Shown here piece by piece: positions 51,140 to 62,120 of a DNA stretch of 64,000 nt. The DNA comes from an uncultured delta proteobacterium (GTDB taxonomy: Bacteria > Desulfobacterota > Binatia > Bin18): the NCBI GenBank assembly GCA_963733195.1, contig CAVTCR010000056.1, positions 153,430 through 217,429 on the forward strand, written 5' to 3'. The first letter of the stretch is position 1; each line of letters begins with the position of its first letter. The translations under genes were made by a program, and so were the position numbers. The notes beneath the pieces are model-generated. The model was not told the origin of the DNA, made no database searches, and worked only from the letters and a program-made list of their open reading frames with translations.

Positions 51140-53349
51140 TTAGTCTTTGACAAACTGGCGTAACACATTGTCAGTCACACGAGAGACATTATTATCGTAA
51201 TTGTTATACGACAATGACCCGCACCAAGCGATGGAGCCAGTCGAAAACACCGCGCCGCCGTTGGGACATTCGAAGTACACCATGTCTGCTCGAACCAACG
51301 GATTGACAGTCCCACCTTGGCGCGAGTCACTAATCAGTACTTCTTCGACGACGTGCTGGTAGGAATCGGAATAATCAGAGGACGAGGCGAGTACCAACGC
51401 ATGAGGCGGAGTTCCGAGAGCGACATCGGCACGATCGAGTTCAAACCCAGCAGCTCCGTGATTGAGCACCAGTGATGGGAAATCACCAATCAATTCATCC
51501 TTACCAATGCCCGCAAAAATAAACGCTGCGCGTGGATCGAAACTGTCAGGTTGACGCTGGTAGGGGCGATTGTTGTCAAAACCTTGTGCGGTGAAACCAA
51601 CGCCCGCGATGCGTTGCGGTGCACGGCCACGATAGCGCCACAAGCCTCCGAGCTCACCAGTAGTGCTGAGGTAGTATTCTCCTGGGTTGGCATCCCAGGC
51701 GCGAATCCCGCCCCAACGACGGACTTCAACGATATATGGTCGTTGTGGATCAATCGCCGTTACCCAATAGAACCCATTGCCTCCGAGATACATCAGCCGT
51801 CCGCCGTTTTGTAGATACGATTCAACGGCAGAAAGCATGGTCTCAGTCCAATACTCCGGATGACTACCCGTGAGTACCACTTTATACGGTGCTAATAAGT
51901 CGAACCCTTCATGATGGAGGTCTTCGTCAGTGAGGACATCATAATCGTGCCCCTTGGCTTCGAGCCAATCGATGAGATGTAAGTCTGCGGCGAGTTGGTG
52001 TGGGCAGCCCAGAATGCGCATGTGATATTTAGGACGGAAGTTCATGATCGGACGCAAACGTGAAGAATAACACACGCCGCTGCCATCAGTGTGATGATCG
52101 TACAAACTCACCAACCCATACTTCGCGCTATATTCATCCTCGGGAGTGACGGCTCCGCGCTGTTGATTGGGGGCGAGACGATACGGAAGCTTCAACTGCT
52201 CGTTGGCATAGGCGAGATAACTGTTGGTTGGCATCAAGAACACAGCACGTGCCGTGGGAGCGCCTTTTTTCGGGCGCACAACGAAAGGAACATAATCCTC
52301 TCCATCTCCGGCTCGCAGACGAGCAGCATAGACACCGCTTTTCAACTGCGTCGGGATCGTCAAAGAGAAATCAACCTTCCAGCCAGCATCATCAAGATCA
52401 TCATCATGAAAATGAATAGCCCCATACTCTGTGACGCATGATGGAAGTTGGTTTCTCGTCCAGTCCAGTTATACCCAGTCATGGCACGGGCCGGCATGTT
52501 GACGGTTTCTCCGTGTAGCTTGTGCGGGGAGATGTCAGTCACTTTTCGTGAAGAAATATCGCGCGAAAAATCCCAAGCACTAATAAGTGCCGAATCGAAG
52601 GCGAGGGGAGATGCACCACGTTTCAACGACAGGATTTCTTCGCGGCTGAGGGCGCGTCCGAACAGCCGTGGGCTGTCAATCTTGCCGTTGAAATGTCCGG
52701 TAGCAACTGATTGGCCATTTTGTGAACGTTGCCAGTACGCGGCAATAAGAAGATCAAGCTTGTTGTCGGATAATTCGTGAATGGATGTCTGGTGTTCGAT
52801 AATCGTGTGAGATCCATCCTGCGGCCATTCGCGCAATGGCTGTTGGTATAGGTGGACTGTGCCGCTCTGAGCATCGTACGTTGCTGCGATAAAATACCAC
52901 TCTGCTGCTCGCAGAGATTTCCCACTACGAATCCGCACTGACTGACTTTGTGCACCTCCGAGCCACAGTGCGAGTTCACCATGTTCATCAATGAACAACC
53001 CATAACTCTGGGTATCACACCATTTTGTGACAATCCCTTGTTGTCCCTTTTGTGGTGTGGTTGAAAAAATCCAAGCTTGGAGAGTGAAGCTGCCGCGAAC
53101 GCGTAACCGTGGGCTGTCAGCGACACGAACATATGAACCAGTATAGATTTCTTGAAACTGCCCTTGGTGTTCGCCACTGACCGTACTTGTAATGAGTTCC
53201 TCTTTGAATCCCGGCCCGCGAGGATTGGGATCTCCGTGAATGAGGCGAACAATATCCGCACGATAAGTAGGTAGTTCGCAACTCACCATAAAGTGGATCG
53301 TTTCGCCAGCAGCAACGCTGAGACGATCAGTGTAACCTACGACTTTCAT
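51140..53349 (-). CDS. N,N-dimethylformamidase large (beta) subunit family with LamG domain; frameshift near 52430
   Basis: GYTDRLSV, GDPNPRGPG; YGAIHFHDDDL in the shifted frame; YLAYANE, SLYDHH.DG, HPEYW, GGNGFYW. Confidence 0.88.
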
Positions 53350-53392
53350 GTCTTCCTCTAGCCCAGACTTCAAAAGATTGGCGTGCTGGATT

Positions 53393-53494
53393 TGTCACCC
53401 TGAACGGAGTGAAGGGTCTCTCGAGAGTTCTGCGAGCCTGTCCTGCCGCGCCAGTGCCGCAGGCACAGGACTTGTCGAAGGGCTCAGAATGACA
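53393..53494. repeat. Triple-nested REP-like element
   Basis: Minus strand: TGTCATTCTGAG[CCCTTCGACAAGT[CCTGTGCCTGCGGCACTGGCGCGGCA]GGACAGGCT]CGCAGAACTCTCGAGAGACCCTTCACTCCGTTCAGGGTGACA. Confidence 0.85.
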
Positions 53495-53549
53495 TGACTG
53501 TCTGGGCACGTCATAAAGTGTATGGAATGTCATGCCTTTGAGTTCACAT

Positions 53550-54320
53550 CTACCCCTTCTTGTTCCCCCATCGATCCCAATACAACACTTCATCAACCGG
53601 CTTACGTGTGTTCTTGCCGAATTTTCCACGTGGATACCCCATCGGAAGCAGCGCGGCGATTTCCATATTGTCTGGAACTCCCGCTTTCTTCTTCAGCTCC
53701 TCCTCGAAAAAGAAATGTGTGGTGGTGAGGACTGAACCAATGCCGTACGCACGACACGCTAACAGTATGTTCTGCACAGCAGGATAAATCGAGCCATGCA
53801 CAGTGGCGGTACTGCCGCGTTGATTCTGCGCCTGTGCCCACGCGGGATACTCTTTGGCAGAACAGGCGAGCAGAATCACCGGTGCTTCGTTCATGTGGTC
53901 AGACAAATAGATTGAAGCTTTTATCGCTCGTTGACGAGGTGGTGGGAGTTCATTGATTGGTGGTTGGCTGGCGCGGGACTTTTGTTGGGCATCTCGATAA
54001 CGATCGCGGATGAAGGTCTTTAACTCGGGATCGCGGACGAGAATAAATCCCCAGTCTTGGCGATTGCCACCACTTGGGGCATGGATGCCAGCTTCGACAA
54101 TCTTGCGCAAAACATCTTCAGGAATCGGATCAGGTTTGAGGCGACGCATTGAGCGCAGTGAATATATAGTGTCGAATAACTTCGCATCTGTTGCCTCGCT
54201 TTCTGTGACGGCAAGCACGGGTGAGAGCGGAACAAATGTACTTGCTGCGCCAATGCCGATACCTTTCACAAACGCACGTCGAGTGACTCTGGTATCGGTA
54301 GGTGTTGAGCTTCTGACCAT
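53550..54320 (-). CDS. Nitroreductase family protein with twin-arginine signal
   Basis: TRRAFVKG + hydrophobic stretch + VLA; RSMRRLKPDP, APSGGNRQ, AVQNILLA, PMGYP. Confidence 0.88.
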   Translation of the reverse strand: MVRSSTPTDTRVTRRAFVKGIGIGAASTFVPLSPVLAVTESEATDAKLFDTIYSLRSMRRLKPDPIPEDVLRKIVEAGIHAPSGGNRQDWGFILVRDPELKTFIRDRYRDAQQKSRASQPPINELPPPRQRAIKASIYLSDHMNEAPVILLACSAKEYPAWAQAQNQRGSTATVHGSIYPAVQNILLACRAYGIGSVLTTTHFFFEEELKKKAGVPDNMEIAALLPMGYPRGKFGKNTRKPVDEVLYWDRWGNKKG

Positions 54321-54479
54321 ATTCCCCCTCCTTGGTGCTCTGATTCTCTGTTGGTCTTGCGTGCCAGTCAAGGCGACCTGTTGAGTTTTCGCCACTGACT
54401 GAGTAAAGAACTATGGTAAACAAGCATTGAACGCTCACCTTATAGGGAGCGAACCTTTTCATGTAAGGAGACGGACAGT

Positions 54480-55571
54480 ATGCAGAATGGACACCACACC
54501 GGACCTTTAGGCGTTGGGCTCGCAGCGATTTGTCAAAATCCTGAACAGCGGATCTCTGATTATAATGTGTATAAACAGGAGATGCGTTTAGCTGATTTAG
54601 CTGAGCCGTTAGGTTTTGATTCGTTATGGAGCGTTGAGCATCATTTCACCGATTACACGATGGTGCCTGATGTGTTGCAGTTCCTCACCTACATGGCTGG
54701 GCGTACGAAAAAGATCAAACTTGGGACGATGGTTGTTGTCCTGCCCTGGCACGATCCCATGCGAGTTGCGGAAGAGGTTTCCATGCTCGACAACATGAGC
54801 GATGGCCGTATCATTCTTGGTATCGGACGTGGCGCTGGCGTTGTCGAGTTCGATGGTTTTCGCGTACCGATGGGGGAATCACGAGATCGTTTCGTCGAGG
54901 CTGCGGAGATGGTGCTGACTGGCCTCGAGAAAGGTTATTGTGAATATAACGGAAAGTTTTATCAGCAGCCACACAAAGCCATTCGTCCTGCACCTCACAA
55001 ATCGTTTAAGGGCCGCACCTATGCAGCGGCGGTATCTCCCGAGTCGTCGGAGATTATGGCGAAACTTGGGTTGGGAATCCTCATTATCCCGCAGAAACCA
55101 TGGGAAGCAGTTGCTTCAGAGCTGATGATGTATACCGATGTCTTCCGCAAGACCCACGGCGTTGATGCGCCACCGACAGTTGCCGCTGGGTGGGTGTTCT
55201 GCGACAAGGATAAAAGCCGCGCTCGCGATTTAGCACAACAGTACATTGGCAATTACTGGCAGTCAGCGTTGAAGCACTACAACTTTGGCGGGGAACATTT
55301 TAGTAAGACCAAAGGGTACGAATACTACGGCAAAATGTCCGAGCAGATGAATCAAGCCGGAGTCGAGACCAGCACGCAGTTCTTTACCAATCTGCAAGTG
55401 TGGGGCACGCCAGAGCAATGTTTCGAGAAGATCATGGATATTCGTGCCAAGGTTGGCTGTAGCGACTTTACCGGCGTCTTCAGCTACGGCGGTATGCCGT
55501 ATGAAGAGTCTGAACGCAGCATCCGTTTGTTTGCCAGTGACGTGATGCCACGCTTGCAGAATCTGAACTAA
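54480..55571 (+). CDS. LLM-class flavin-dependent oxidoreductase
   Basis: GFDSLWSVEHHF, LPWHDP.RVAEE, GIGRG. Confidence 0.9.
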   Translation: MQNGHHTGPLGVGLAAICQNPEQRISDYNVYKQEMRLADLAEPLGFDSLWSVEHHFTDYTMVPDVLQFLTYMAGRTKKIKLGTMVVVLPWHDPMRVAEEVSMLDNMSDGRIILGIGRGAGVVEFDGFRVPMGESRDRFVEAAEMVLTGLEKGYCEYNGKFYQQPHKAIRPAPHKSFKGRTYAAAVSPESSEIMAKLGLGILIIPQKPWEAVASELMMYTDVFRKTHGVDAPPTVAAGWVFCDKDKSRARDLAQQYIGNYWQSALKHYNFGGEHFSKTKGYEYYGKMSEQMNQAGVETSTQFFTNLQVWGTPEQCFEKIMDIRAKVGCSDFTGVFSYGGMPYEESERSIRLFASDVMPRLQNLN

Positions 55572-55722
55572 ACCCCCCTCACCCTTACCCTCTCCCCTTG
55601 TGGGAGAGGGAATTGTTGCTCAGCAAATGGCTCAAGTTGGAAGCAGTGAGCCCCCAATGCCTCTTGATATCCTTGAGTTCGCAAAGACAGGTGTAGGAAG
55701 TTTTCTCGTCACAGCTTTTCCT

Positions 55723-55749
55723 TTGCGAATTCCTTCCTTGTAGTATAAT
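55723..55749 (+). promoter_or_regulatory. Putative promoter of cyclase paralogue 1, duplicated at 57122-57149
   Basis: TTGCGA...TATAAT with a perfect -10, 21 nt before the ATG; -35 spacing is short (15-16 nt). Confidence 0.55.
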
Positions 55750-55770
55750 CCCCTCGGCAAGTGAGGGCAT

Positions 55771-56995
55771 ATGACCTTTGATGAAGTGTTGGACCAAGTG
55801 CGAGAGTTATTGCGGACCAGAGGCCGCGTTTCCTATCAATCGCTCAAAGTACGGTTCACCATAGCCGACCAGTTTCTTGAGGGTGTTAAAGCCGAACTCA
55901 TCGAGGCCGAACGTGTGGCGGTGGATGAAGACGGTAAGGTGTTGGTGTGGATCGGTCAAAGCAGTCCAGAGTCTAGAGTCCAGAGTCTAGAGTCCCAAAC
56001 TTCCCCTTCCCCAGACGCTCGACGCCAGACCCTAGACCCTAGACCCATCGACTACACGCCTGCCGCATCTGGCCGAGCGCATTCGTGCGGTCTCGCTGAC
56101 GGAGGGTGAACGGAAAACGATCACCGCGCTGTTTGCCGATCTCAAAGGCTCGACGGCATTGATCGAAGGACTCGATCCCGAAGAAGCGCGGGCGATCATT
56201 GACCCGGCCTTGCAGCTCATGATGGACGCCGTGCATCGCTATGAGGGCTATGTGGCCCAAGCCTTAGGGGATGGCATCTTTGCGCTGTTTGGCGCGCCGA
56301 TTGCCCATGAGGATCATCCGCAGCGGGCACTGTATGCCGCACTGCGCATGCAAGAGGAGATGCGCCGCTATGGCGATCAGGTGCGACTCAAAACGGCGTG
56401 CCGCTGGTGATGCGCGTGGGGGTTAATACCGGCGAAGTCGTCGTGCGCTCGATTCGCAAAGATGATCTGCATACGGACTACGTCCCAGTGGGGCATTCGA
56501 CCAACCTCGCGGCCCGTATGGAGCAGATGGCAACGCCAGGCTCGATTCTGATCACTGAGTACACCCAGAAACTGATCGAAGGGATATTTTGAATTCAAAG
56601 CGTTGGGCGCAGCGCGAGATCAAAGGGGTAGAAGCGCCGCTTCACGTCTACGAAGTGCTAGGCGCGGGGCCGCTACGCACACGATTACAAGTGGCGGCCC
56701 GACGGGGCTGACGCGGTTTGTCGGACGGCAGAGGGAATGGAGCAGATGCAGCAGGCGTTGGAGCAAGCCAAAGCCGGGCACGGGCAGATCGTCGGCGTGA
56801 TGGGCGAGCCGGGGTTAGGGAAGTCGCGGCTGTTCTATGAATTCATAACTGCATCTCCACAGAGCCGGCTGTCTCCTCCTCGAAGCCTACTCGGTCTCGC
56901 ATGGCAAGGCCTCGCCCTATCTGCCAGTGATTGAGCTGCTCAAGAGTTACTTCCAGATTGAGCCGACCGATGATGAGCGGCAACGGCGGGCCAAA
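55771..56995 (+). pseudogene. Class III adenylate/guanylate cyclase + AAA ATPase gene, copy 1; frameshifted and truncated at a REP-like element
   Basis: ERKTITALFADLKGST, GDGIFALFGAP..HEDH, NLAARME, GEPGLGKSRL; homology stops at about 56995. Confidence 0.85.
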
Positions 56996-57095
56996 GATTG
57001 CGAGGGGCCCTTCGACGCAGCTCAGGGCAGGCTCCGACTCTGCTGTGCAGAGTTTATTATGACATCATGAAGTGAGTCGAAGGGCTCGCAATGAT
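56996..57095. repeat. REP-like palindrome with nested CCCTTCGACGCAGCTCAGGGCAGGCT
   Basis: ATTGCGAG...CTCGCAAT arms; insert at 57008-57033. Confidence 0.8.
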
Positions 57096-57170
57096 ACTGT
57101 AGCTTAACTCTATTTTTCCCCTTCCGAATTCCTTCCTTAGTAGTATAATCCCCTCGGCAAGTGAGGGCAT

Positions 57171-60100
57171 ATGACCTTTGATGAAGTGTTGGACCAAGTG
57201 CGAGAGTTATTGCGGACCAGAGGCCGCGTTTCCTATCAATCGCTAAAAATACGGTTCACCATAGCCGACCAGTTTCTTCGAGGGCATTAAAGCCGAACTT
57301 ATCGAGGCCGAGCGGGTAGCTGTGGATGAGGATGGTAAGGTGCTTGTGTGGGTCGGCAACCTCGCTGAGGATAAGGGGAAAGGGATAACGGATAACGGAG
57401 GAAACAGCGAAACGGAAGTTGTCAATTCTCACTCGCCAGTTCTCAGTTCCAACCTCCAAGTAGCTACACCCACCGCATCTCGCCGAACGCATTCGTACAG
57501 CAGTGATCACAGACGGCGAGCGTAAAACCATCACCGCTCTCTTTGCCGATCTCAAAGGCTCCACGGCGCTCATTGAAGGCCTTGATCCGGAAGAAGCCCG
57601 CGCAATCATTGACCCCGCGTTACAGCTCATGATGGACGCCGTGCACCGCTACGATGGCTACGTCGCCCAGGCTCTAGGGGATGGTATCTTTGCGCTGTTC
57701 GGCGCGCCGATTGCCCATGAAGATCATCTCCAGCGAGCGTTCTATCGCGGCGCTCCGCATGCAAGAGGAGATGCGGCGGTATAGTGACGACTGCGTCGCG
57801 CGGGCGCCCCCCTGCAAATGCGGATCGGCATCAATACCGGCGAAGTGGTGGTGCGCTCCATCCGCAAAGACGACCTGCATACGGACTATGTACCCCGTCG
57901 GACACTCGACCAACCTCGCAGCCCGCATGGAGCAGATGGCCACGCCAGGGTCGATTCTGATCACGAGTACACCCGGAAATTGTCGAAGGATACTTCGAGC
58001 TGAAAGCCTTGGGCGCAGCGGAGATCAAAGGGCACGCGGAGCCGCTGCCTGTCTATGAGGTACTTGGGAGCCGGGCCCTTTACGCACGCGGTGCAGGTCA
58101 CGGCCACGCGACGGGGGCTGACGCGGTTTGTCGGGCGGCAGAGCGAGATGGAGCAACTCACCAGGCGCTCGAACAAGCGAAAGCCGGGCATGGGCAGATC
58201 GTGGGTGTGATAGGCGAGCCGGGATTAGGGAAGTCGCGGTTGTTCTACGAATTCAAGCTGCTCTCTGAGTGGCTGTCTAGTGCTGGAAGCCTATCCGTGT
58301 CGCATGGCAAGGCGACGGCGTACTGCCGGTCATCGAACTGCTCAAGAGTTATTTTCGGATAAGAACAGATGACGAGCGGACGCGACGGGAGAAGGTCGCG
58401 GGGAAAGTGGTAATTCTCGATCGCACGTTGCAAGAGAACTTACCGTATCTCTATGCCTTACTCGGCATCGAAGAACAGCCGTCGCCCGTGCAGCAGATGG
58501 ACCCGCAGATGCGGCGGCACCGGACCTTTGAGGCGCTCAAGCAGGTGTTCTTACGGGAGAGTCTCAATCAACCCTTGGTGCTGATCTTTGAAGACTTGCA
58601 CTGGATTGATGGCGAGACACAAGGCTTCCTGGATGTCCTCAGTGAGAGTGTGGCCAGAGCCCATTCCTTCTCCTGGTGAACTATCGTCCCGAGTACCGGC
58701 ATGAGTGGGGCAGCAAGACCTATTACACGCAACTCCGCTTAGCCTCCTTGGCCAAGAGGAAGCAGAGGAACTGCTCACCGGCCTGCTGGGGAACGACGCG
58801 AGCCTCATGCTTTAAAGCCGCTCATTTTACGAAGACCGAAGGCACGCCGTTTTTCATGGAAGAAGTGGTACAGACCTTAGCCGAGGAGGGGGTTCTCAGC
58901 GGGGCGCGAGGCAATTACCGTTTGGCGAAAGCCCCAACCGAGCTGCACATTCCTCCAACAGTCCAGGGAGTCTTACAGCCCGTATCGATCGCCTATCGCC
59001 GGAAGAGAAAGCGTGCTGCACCAGTTAGCCATCATCGGGCGACAGTTTCCGTTGAGCCTGGTGCAGCGGGTGGTTACGCAGCCGGAAGCGGAACTCTACC
59101 GTTTCCTCTCCTCGCTACAGCGTAAAGAGTTCCTCTACGAACAGCCGGCGTTTCCCGAGAGTCGAGTATAGCTTCAAGCACGCGCTCACGCAAGAGGTGG
59201 CGTACAACTCCGTGTTAATGGAACGGCGCAAAGCCTGGCATGAGCAAACCGCGCAAGCGATGGAACAGCTCTACCAGGACAACGTAGAGGAGCACTACAG
59301 TGAGCTGGCATATCACTACACGCGCAGTGGCAATCCGGGAAAGCCGTCGAGTACCTGCATTTGGCGGGGCAACAGGCGGTGCAGCGCTCGGCCAATGTGG
59401 AAGCGATTACTCATCTGACGACCGCCTTAGATCTCCTCACAACGTTGCCCGACACGCCCGAGCGCCTCCAGCAGGAATTGATGTTGCAAGTCACTCTGGG
59501 CGCACCGCTCATAGCTGCCAAGGGCTATACCCGGGAGGTGGGGCAAGCCTACGCCCGGGCGCTTGAGCTCTGTGAGCAGGTAGGGAACACGCCTCAGCTC
59601 TTACCAGTACTGGTCGGGCTCTGGAGATTTTATTTGTTACAAGGGGAATTAAAGACCGCTCGCAAGTTGGGGGAGCGGCTCTTGACTCTGGCCCAGAAGG
59701 AGCAAGATTCAGCAATCCTCCTTGAGGCCCACCGGACGCTGGTAGGAAGCTTGCTTTTTTCCGGCGAGTTTATCCTGGCTCGAGAGTATGGTGAGCGAGG
59801 CATGAGCCTGTACACTCCTCAACAGCACCGCTCCCATGCCCTGCGCTATGGACTTGACCCCGGAGTGTCCTGCCTTACCTATGGGACTCTGGCGTTGTGG
59901 TATCTGGGTTATCCGGAGCAAGCGCTGAAGCAAATTCAGGCATTGCTCAGCTTCGCCCACGAACTGGCTCACCCCTTCAGTTTGGCTTTTGCTCTGATAC
60001 ACACCGCCACACTTCATAAGTTCGGCCGGGAAGTGCACGTGACTCACGAGCGAGCAGAAGCAGCCATAGCGCTCTCGACCGAGCAAGGGTTGGCGTTCTG

Positions 60101-60689
60101 GCTCGCGTTCGGGACCGTCTTACGTGGCTGGGTGCTGACCGAGCAGGGACAGGAGAAGGAGGGAATTGCCCAGATACAACAAAGTATCACCGCCATGCGG
60201 GCGATGGGGGCTGAGTTGTGGAGGCCATATGTCCTTGCCCTGCTGGCCGAGGCGTATGGGAAAGTGGGAGAAGGAGCGGAAGGGCTGGTCGTGCTCACCG
60301 AAGCATTAGCGACGGTGGACAGAACTGAGGAGCGCTTCTACGAGGCGGAGCTGTATCGGCTGCGCGGCGAGCTTACGCTTCGCGCGGGCGAAAAGGCGAA
60401 ATGGGGAAATGGGGAAATGGCGCAGATTCCAGATCCTAGCGCCCAGATCCTAGAGCCTAAAGGCGAAGCCGAAGCGTGTTTTCTAAAAGCCATTGAGGTT
60501 GCCCGGAAGCAGCAGGCCAAGTCTCTCGAACTACGCGCGGTGATGAGCCTGGCGCGGTTGTGGCAAAGTCAGGTCAAAAGCGCCGAAGCTCACCGCATGT
60601 TATCCGAGGTCTACAACTGGTTTACCGAAGGGTTTGATACCAAGGATTTGCAAGAGGCAAAGGCGTTATTGGAAGTACTCCACCAATGA
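57171..60689 (+). CDS. Full-length cyclase-AAA ATPase-TPR (STAND-type) protein, copy 2; many frameshifts (error or pseudogene)
   Basis: Domains in order across shifting frames: cyclase, Walker A GEPGLGKSRL, Walker B LIFEDLHWID, GTPFFMEE, FKHALTQEVAY, TPR tail KSLELRA...WFTEGFDTKDL. Confidence 0.88.
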
Positions 60690-60749
60690 TCCTTGTGAAT
60701 GCCCAATTGCTTTCTTTTTGAACGAGGACCAATGTAAAGGAGGGAAATT

Positions 60750-61237
60750 ATGATTCCTAGAAGTTTATCGCACGTCGCCGTCGGAGTGCGGGATATGGAC
60801 CGCTCGCTGCCTTTTTACCGTGACCTGCTCGGGTTTCAGGTGGCCCAGGAGATCAATGATCTTGACGGCAACGAGAATCACTGGGAGGAATCTCCGAGCG
60901 GCAAAACCGCAAGTATCGGGTTGTGGTGCTCCGGTACGGCCCGGAGACTGCAGCACTGTACGGCTTCAATGAAGCCGCGTCGGTAGTCTCTCTGGTGGCG
61001 CCGCTCGGCCCACCACCGACGGGCACAGGAATTAACGTGGATCAGATTGGGATCTCGCACTTCGGGATCTGGGTGAAGGGCTTAGACACGATTTATGAAA
61101 ACCTCAAGAGCAAAGGAGTGACCTTTGCGGTCCCCCCGCATGCCGCGGTGAAGACGGCGGCGGGCACGTTGCACTCCGCGTTTCTCCACGATCCGGATGG
61201 CATCCTCATCGAACTCCAAGAAATGCTGCCACCTTAA
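60750..61237 (+). CDS. VOC/glyoxalase family protein; frameshift near 60900
   Basis: HVAVGVRDMDRSL.FY..LLGF, then SHFGIWV and DPDGILIEL in another frame. Confidence 0.85.
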
Positions 61238-61280
61238 GGGTCTATCCGTAAAGTCACTTGAGTCACACAAAGGAGGGATT

Positions 61281-62120
61281 ATGCCAGCCCTATATCAAGA
61301 CCGCACGCTCACCCTGCGTGGGCTGCGGTTCCATTACCTTGACTGGGGAACCGAAGGGAAGCCGCTGTTCGTCCTGTTACACGGCGGTGCGCAAACCGCG
61401 CATTCCTGGGACGACTTCGCGCCTGGGGTGCGCAATGACTACCACGTCTATGCCTTGGACCAACGCGGACATGGAGACTCAGACTGGGTTCCAGATGGTG
61501 ACTACAGCCGACACACACAGTGCGAAGACATTGCCGCGTGGGTCGCTACCCTCAAACTGCCGCCATTCATTCTGGCTGGCCTGTCTATGGGCGGGATCAA
61601 CGCGATCACATATACCGCCCGTTATCCCGAGCAGGTACGCGCGCTGATTGTCATAGATGTCGGGCCGGAGATCGAAACCCGCGGTCGCGAGAACATCCAA
61701 AACTTTACTAGCATCGACGAACTTGATTCGTTCGAGGCTTTTATCGAACGGGCCCATCATTTTAATCCCCGTCGTTCGTTGGAGAATCTCCGCCAACGAC
61801 TCTCGCATAATCTCAAGCAACTGCCGAGCGGCAAATGGACGTGGAAATTCGATCAACAGCGTCTGACCGCTGGTATCCGGTCCGGTATCGGCCCAGAAGG
61901 ACTGTGGGAAGATGTGCGCAAGATCCACTGTCCGACCCTCATTGTCCGTGGCGGCGAGAGCGACATTCTGTCTCCGGCAGCAGCAGAGCGTCTGCAAGCA
62001 GCTATTCCCAACAGCCGTCTGACCATCGTGCCTGGCGCAGGGCATTCGGTGATGGGAGACAATCCTGAAGGTTTTGCCGCTGTAGTGCAAGAATTTTTAG
62101 GGCAGGAGAAAAGCATATGA
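61281..62120 (+). CDS. Alpha/beta hydrolase
   Basis: LLHGG, DQRGHGDS, GLSMGG, AGHSV. Confidence 0.92.
   Translation: MPALYQDRTLTLRGLRFHYLDWGTEGKPLFVLLHGGAQTAHSWDDFAPGVRNDYHVYALDQRGHGDSDWVPDGDYSRHTQCEDIAAWVATLKLPPFILAGLSMGGINAITYTARYPEQVRALIVIDVGPEIETRGRENIQNFTSIDELDSFEAFIERAHHFNPRRSLENLRQRLSHNLKQLPSGKWTWKFDQQRLTAGIRSGIGPEGLWEDVRKIHCPTLIVRGGESDILSPAAAERLQAAIPNSRLTIVPGAGHSVMGDNPEGFAAVVQEFLGQEKSI

Noticed and set aside
55771-57400. Diversity-generating retroelement template/variable repeat pair
   Set aside because: Differences between copies are mostly synonymous and not adenine-specific; no reverse transcriptase in the window
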